Source: a virus
Lineage: Duplodnaviria > Caudoviricetes
Strand: one strand, 5' to 3'
Virus record (IMG/VR): IMGVR_UViG_3300020420_000677
Location: 1-38,828 of that record
DNA: 38,828 nucleotides
The number at the start of each line of letters is the position of its first letter. The stretch's first letter is position 1. The notes beneath the pieces are model-generated. The model saw nothing but the letters and a program-made list of their open reading frames with translations, did no database searches and was not told the origin of the DNA. Below, piece by piece: positions 35,174-38,828 of this stretch. The translations under genes were made by a program, and so were the position numbers.

Positions 35174-36760
35174 CTAACTGCTACTAATGAAAAGGGGTAA
35201 TGGGTACACTCTATCCGCTGTATCCTCGTCTGCTTGACTGAATGACGTGTACACTTTAGGATCCCAATCCTTTAAAACGGACACTATACGCATGGCTAGA
35301 AGCATAGAACTTACTAGGTCATCTGTTTCTCCTGTTTTAGCCTTGTATGATGATCCTGATGCAACAAATGCCTTTAATTCAGTAATGAATGGTTTACTAT
35401 TAATTTTTAGTTTGCCCTTTTCTACCATAGACTTCAATCTAGCACAGGCACTAATTTTAGTTCTGTGTGTTGTGTTGAATCCTTTTCTAAATTTTCTAAT
35501 ATGACCTTTTCTGATAGGTTCACTAACAAACATTCCCGGTATGTTTTCTTCCCCAAAGTCGTTAATAACAAGCAGTGCTGATTCACCTATTGTGTTGTTC
35601 TCCACACTCCAATAGATATTAGAACCTGTGCTCTGTGTTTCCTCTTTTATGTGATTTATAATATCCCTCAATATTCTTATTTGTTGTGGTATCGCTGTTG
35701 TGTTGTGTTTCCATTCTGCTACTTGTTCGAACGTAGGTAATTCTAAAACCTGAATTGCGGCATTGTCTCCACCTGTACCCATAGCAGGATCTAAAGCAAT
35801 CACGTAAGTTTTTTGAGCATCCATTTTTTTGTACCAACGTGTTTGTCCCATGTTCACAATAGGTTGCGTACCTTCTAATGTGGATAGTATAATACTGTTC
35901 ACTAATGTTTCGTCAAATACCAAAAATTCACAACCGTATTCACGTCTAAATCTTTCTTCACCGATACGACCAAGTTCTTCTTGTTTCCATTTTTCGTCCC
36001 TGTCAGGATGTTCGTCCCAACTTGCAGTGAAGCCATGGAAACCATTCTGTCCTAGTTCCTGTTCGTTGCCGTGTTCATCAAATTTGTTTTGGCTTTCTCT
36101 CCAGATTGTTGCAAAGACATCTTCATCTGAATTAGGAGTTGAAGTAATAATTGCACGTCCACCAGTTGCTAGTGTTGGAGATATTGAAGTCCAAAATTCT
36201 TTTGCTATTCCTGGATTAACAAATGCAAACTCATCACAGTAAAGTAAAGATATCGACATACCTCTACCTGTGTTACCTGTTGTCGTTGCACTTACAATAC
36301 GTGATCCATTTTCAAATTCCATTGATCCTTTATTATAATTTACAACACCTGCTCTAACATGATTAGGACAAAGTTCATATCCATAACGGATACGTTGCAT
36401 AATTTCCTGTGCACCAGTGTATTTGTGTGCCGCAATTAATATTGTTTGATCCGGATGAAACATAGCAAACCATAATAGGTAACAAGCCGCAGTGGTTGTT
36501 TTACCACTTTGTCTGGGTAACATATTAACATTAAATCTATGATTGTGATAACTGTGTAATAAATTTTTTTGATATTCAAATGCTTTGAATAACATTTTGC
36601 CTTCAACTGGGTGTTGAATATAAAAAAACTTTCTGGCAAAGTATTCAAAACCTGTTTTGGTATTTGAACACTCAACAAGGTCTTGTATCTGTTCTTCGGA
36701 AAACTTTTCCCTTGTGTGTGCTTTCTTCGTTAATACACCATCTAAACTTTTATTACTCAT
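35174..36760 (-). CDS. terL: Terminase large subunit (T4 gp17-like)
   Basis: LPRQSGKTT (Walker A), LLYCDEFAFV (Walker B), TSTPN, ALDPAMG nuclease motif, TDDLV. Confidence 0.95.
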   Translation of the reverse strand: MSNKSLDGVLTKKAHTREKFSEEQIQDLVECSNTKTGFEYFARKFFYIQHPVEGKMLFKAFEYQKNLLHSYHNHRFNVNMLPRQSGKTTTAACYLLWFAMFHPDQTILIAAHKYTGAQEIMQRIRYGYELCPNHVRAGVVNYNKGSMEFENGSRIVSATTTGNTGRGMSISLLYCDEFAFVNPGIAKEFWTSISPTLATGGRAIITSTPNSDEDVFATIWRESQNKFDEHGNEQELGQNGFHGFTASWDEHPDRDEKWKQEELGRIGEERFRREYGCEFLVFDETLVNSIILSTLEGTQPIVNMGQTRWYKKMDAQKTYVIALDPAMGTGGDNAAIQVLELPTFEQVAEWKHNTTAIPQQIRILRDIINHIKEETQSTGSNIYWSVENNTIGESALLVINDFGEENIPGMFVSEPIRKGHIRKFRKGFNTTHRTKISACARLKSMVEKGKLKINSKPFITELKAFVASGSSYKAKTGETDDLVSSMLLAMRIVSVLKDWDPKVYTSFSQADEDTADRVYPLPLFISSS

Positions 36761-36803
36761 ATAATATACTTATGCTGTTATAGGTAGGTGAAAAATATTT
36801 TGA

Positions 36804-36971
36804 TTATGCGTTTTTCTTTGCCATCTTGTTGATGGTTGCGTACATATAAGCAGTGCCTTTTTCTTTTCCATAACGTTTTATAAAGTCTTTTTTGACATTT
36901 TTCTTGTCAAATTTCTTTTTGTAATGAGTGACTTTACGCTTTTCTGGCTTGGTAAGTGGACGTTCCGCTAG
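36804..36971 (-). CDS. Start-less 55-aa basic ORF, probable -1 frameshift extension of the upstream gene
   Basis: LAERPLTKPEKRKVTHYKKKFDKKNVKKDFIKRYGKEKGTAYMYATINKMAKKNA; begins at the A9 run and has no upstream ATG/GTG/TTG in frame. Confidence 0.6.
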   Translation of the reverse strand, partial: LAERPLTKPEKRKVTHYKKKFDKKNVKKDFIKRYGKEKGTAYMYATINKMAKKNA

Positions 36972-37411
36972 TCTTTTTTTTTGAAATCTTCGTATGCTTT
37001 TTGTAATTCTTCTTTGATAGAATTAGTTTTTTCTTCTGTCTCAACAGCCATTGGATTATCACCTGGATAATCTTTTCTGTACATTTTTTTTGGCTTGTTG
37101 ATTCCGCCTGCAATATCTTTCTGCATATAACCTGTGTCTTTGTATTCAGGTTTTGGCGTTGTGTTTGCTTTGCCTGGAACTTCTTCAGTTGCTGGAACTT
37201 CTTCTGCTTCTGGCTTAGGACCTTCAACTGGTGCTGGAGGAGTTACTCCTGCACTTTTAAATATTTGTGCAATAGCATTCATATCTTCTGGTGTGTCACC
37301 ATATAACATAACTTGCGATGCTTCTTTAACGTGTATTCTTTTCACGTCTTCTTTCATCTGCTCTTTGTTTTGAATGTTATCAACTTTCTTTAAAAAATCT
37401 CTAATGTCCAT
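36968..37411 (-). CDS. Hypothetical protein, possibly head-internal/scaffold-like
   Basis: Start revised to MDIRDFLKK (37411), 5 nt below GTAAATA; Pro/Glu-rich linker; ends TTC AAA AAA AAA GAC TAG. Confidence 0.7.
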   Translation of the reverse strand: MDIRDFLKKVDNIQNKEQMKEDVKRIHVKEASQVMLYGDTPEDMNAIAQIFKSAGVTPPAPVEGPKPEAEEVPATEEVPGKANTTPKPEYKDTGYMQKDIAGGINKPKKMYRKDYPGDNPMAVETEEKTNSIKEELQKAYEDFKKKD

Positions 37412-37415
37412 ATTA

Positions 37416-38000
37416 TTATTTACCTTTCGACTTTCCTGAAATAGGTGACATTTTGTTTTTGCTGTCGCCTTCGTTTGGAAGTACATTACCGCCTGGTTTA
37501 ATACCACTTGCGGCGTCTGGTGCTGATCTGTCTTTTCTGTCTTTTTCTAATTCTTTTAATAAATCCATTACTCTACTTGAACCTGCTGACTTCTGTTCGT
37601 CCTTGCTGTCTTCATATGGTGAATTTAATTTTGCTTCATATGGAGCATCATCTTTGTCTGCTTGATACTGTTCTGTTGGTTCATTAGGATGTCTAACTAC
37701 CATGTGTGCTTCAGCAATGCCTAAAGATTTTGTTAGGTAGTTGTGTAATACAGCACTTGTTGTTGGGTATGTTAATTCTACGTCGAAATATGTGACACTT
37801 TGATTCTCAATGTGTGGAAAATCCAATGGTCTTTTTGTAATAGGAGTCTTTTTGCCTGAACTCATTTTTTCTACTACGAATTTTTGAAGTGCGTTTTCTA
37901 GTAAGCCTACGTCTATGTCTTTAGGCTCACCAACTATACCAATTTTGAATGGGTATGTTCTTTTGCTTTCTGCTAATATCTGTTGTAATTTACTTGTCAT
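37416..38000 (-). CDS. Hypothetical protein (late gene)
   Basis: 194-aa ORF with ATAAATA at 38006-38012, 5 nt upstream of the ATG. Confidence 0.7.
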   Translation of the reverse strand: MTSKLQQILAESKRTYPFKIGIVGEPKDIDVGLLENALQKFVVEKMSSGKKTPITKRPLDFPHIENQSVTYFDVELTYPTTSAVLHNYLTKSLGIAEAHMVVRHPNEPTEQYQADKDDAPYEAKLNSPYEDSKDEQKSAGSSRVMDLLKELEKDRKDRSAPDAASGIKPGGNVLPNEGDSKNKMSPISGKSKGK

Positions 38001-38520
38001 CGTTGTATTTATCCATCTTTTTAAGTTTTTCGAGTAAACTGTTCCGGTCAGTTACCACGTATCCTTCGCCCGGAATAACAGTTGCATCACCGTCACCAGA
38101 CTTGGTGTCTTGCTTTTGCTTCTTTAATTGTAGGTCAACCATCTTCAATTTCTTGTCCATTTTAGCCACTTTTGCGTCTAAAGTGGTCTTCAACATCTGT
38201 CCTGCAACCTCAAAAATACGGGCACTGTATCTGCTTTCTACGTTCATGCCTAAGTCCATGAGATCCTCATAGGCACTTATCGCCCGTGTGCCGACGTCAT
38301 CGAGCTCGGAATCGCCCATTTCTCCCAGTCCTTCTACCTTAGGTAATGCCGCCGCAATCTTGTCAAATTCAGCAATATCACGCATGGTTGTCTTTTGTGC
38401 TTCTAATGATTGTTGTTTGTCCTCAGCCTTCTTGTCCTGTACTTCTGCCTTCTCTTTTTCTTCTTTCACAATTTCCTGTGATTCGGGCAGATTCAGTAAT
38501 TCTTCTAATTTTTTGGTCAT
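37990..38520 (-). CDS. Putative terminase small subunit (T4 gp16-like)
   Basis: ARIFEVAGQMLKT...VDLQLKK resembles the gp16 oligomerisation helices; near terL; ATAAATA at 38536-38542. Confidence 0.6.
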   Translation of the reverse strand: MTKKLEELLNLPESQEIVKEEKEKAEVQDKKAEDKQQSLEAQKTTMRDIAEFDKIAAALPKVEGLGEMGDSELDDVGTRAISAYEDLMDLGMNVESRYSARIFEVAGQMLKTTLDAKVAKMDKKLKMVDLQLKKQKQDTKSGDGDATVIPGEGYVVTDRNSLLEKLKKMDKYNDDK

Positions 38521-38548
38521 AACTTTTGCTAAAAATATTTATGGTTGA

Positions 38549-38617
38549 CTACCAAACGTATATTCCAAGATAGGTTGCTATCGCGATGACAATAATCCAA
38601 AATATTAACTTTTCCAT
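38549..38617 (-). CDS. 22-aa hydrophobic peptide (MEKLIFWIIVIAIATYLGIYVW)
   Basis: TAATG coupling to the upstream ORF; single TM-like segment that fills the gap. Confidence 0.5.
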   Translation of the reverse strand: MEKLIFWIIVIAIATYLGIYVW

Positions 38618-38828
38618 TATTCTATTATAATCTTTTTAATTGACCTTGAACCGTCTATGTTATCCTCAAGTTCGGCTTTTGTCCTGATGCACTGATACTT
38701 TGTACCTGCACTAAATTGACGTTCAGCAGTTCTTTTACCACGTAAACACATTGCCATATTTTCTTGTATTCTGTGTTCTTTGATTTCGTTATTAACGAAC
38801 ATTAATAAGGCTACTACTGTTTCAATCA
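38617..38828 (-). CDS. Hypothetical protein, 5' end at the window edge
   Basis: Frame is open to the window end (IETVVALLMFVNNEIKEH...); two Cys residues. Confidence 0.6.
   Translation of the reverse strand, partial: IETVVALLMFVNNEIKEHRIQENMAMCLRGKRTAERQFSAGTKYQCIRTKAELEDNIDGSRSIKKIIIE

Noticed and set aside
957-36760. Inteins or introns in dnaE, the helicases, uvsX or terL
   Set aside because: All are contiguous and of normal or reduced length, with no splicing motifs or homing endonuclease.
36934-37227. 97-aa alternative-frame ORF crossing the A9 run
   Set aside because: It overlaps the real gene in the +1 frame, has Lys/Gln-biased off-frame composition and ends soon after the run. The -1 frame gives the gap-filling product.
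3486-37507. Long N-terminal extensions in the ORF track (starts at 4997, 7754, 7899, 14091, 18427, 30961, 33085, 37507)
   Set aside because: They overlap neighbouring genes or promoters. Downstream ATGs with coupling, SD or promoter support are more plausible.
145-38548. Many short opposite-strand ORFs in the track (e.g. 164-517, 4150-4467, 14068-14472, 31995-32426, 35829-36242)
   Set aside because: They are antisense shadows of well-supported genes, with no motifs or translation signals.
1-38828. Stop-codon reassignment, as in some large phages
   Set aside because: Genes are full length and densely packed in the standard code, and TAA, TGA and TAG all end genes.

Overview
A 38.8 kb AT-rich segment of a large T4-like tailed dsDNA phage genome, read in the standard genetic code. 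Almost all genes are on the minus strand. From right to left on that strand: small terminase, putative head-associated proteins (one apparently extended by a -1 frameshift at an A9 run), large terminase, gp32-like SSB, UvsX/RecA and UvsY. Next is a ~13.5 kb island of 18 glycan-biosynthesis genes (12 glycosyltransferase-like, 3 SAM methyltransferases, GalE, a cupin and a ParB-like/nucleotidyltransferase fusion). A UvsW helicase block follows, with two HhH DNA glycosylases (MBD4-like and Nth), a nitrilase-family hydrolase, a 2OG-Fe(II) oxygenase, RpiB and a 192-aa mini-DnaE. After that come primase, a half-size carbamoyltransferase, a gp41/DnaB helicase and a streamlined 543-aa DnaE. At the left end a plus-strand amidinotransferase converges on a GC-rich array of GNA-loop mini-hairpins. 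Two promoter classes are readable (sigma70-type TTGAC(T/A)-N17-TAxxxT and T4-late-like TAAATA), and many sit 5-8 nt from the ATG, implying leaderless mRNAs. No tRNA, rRNA, CRISPR array, intein or transposase was seen. Protein calls rest on motif recognition by eye, with no database searches.
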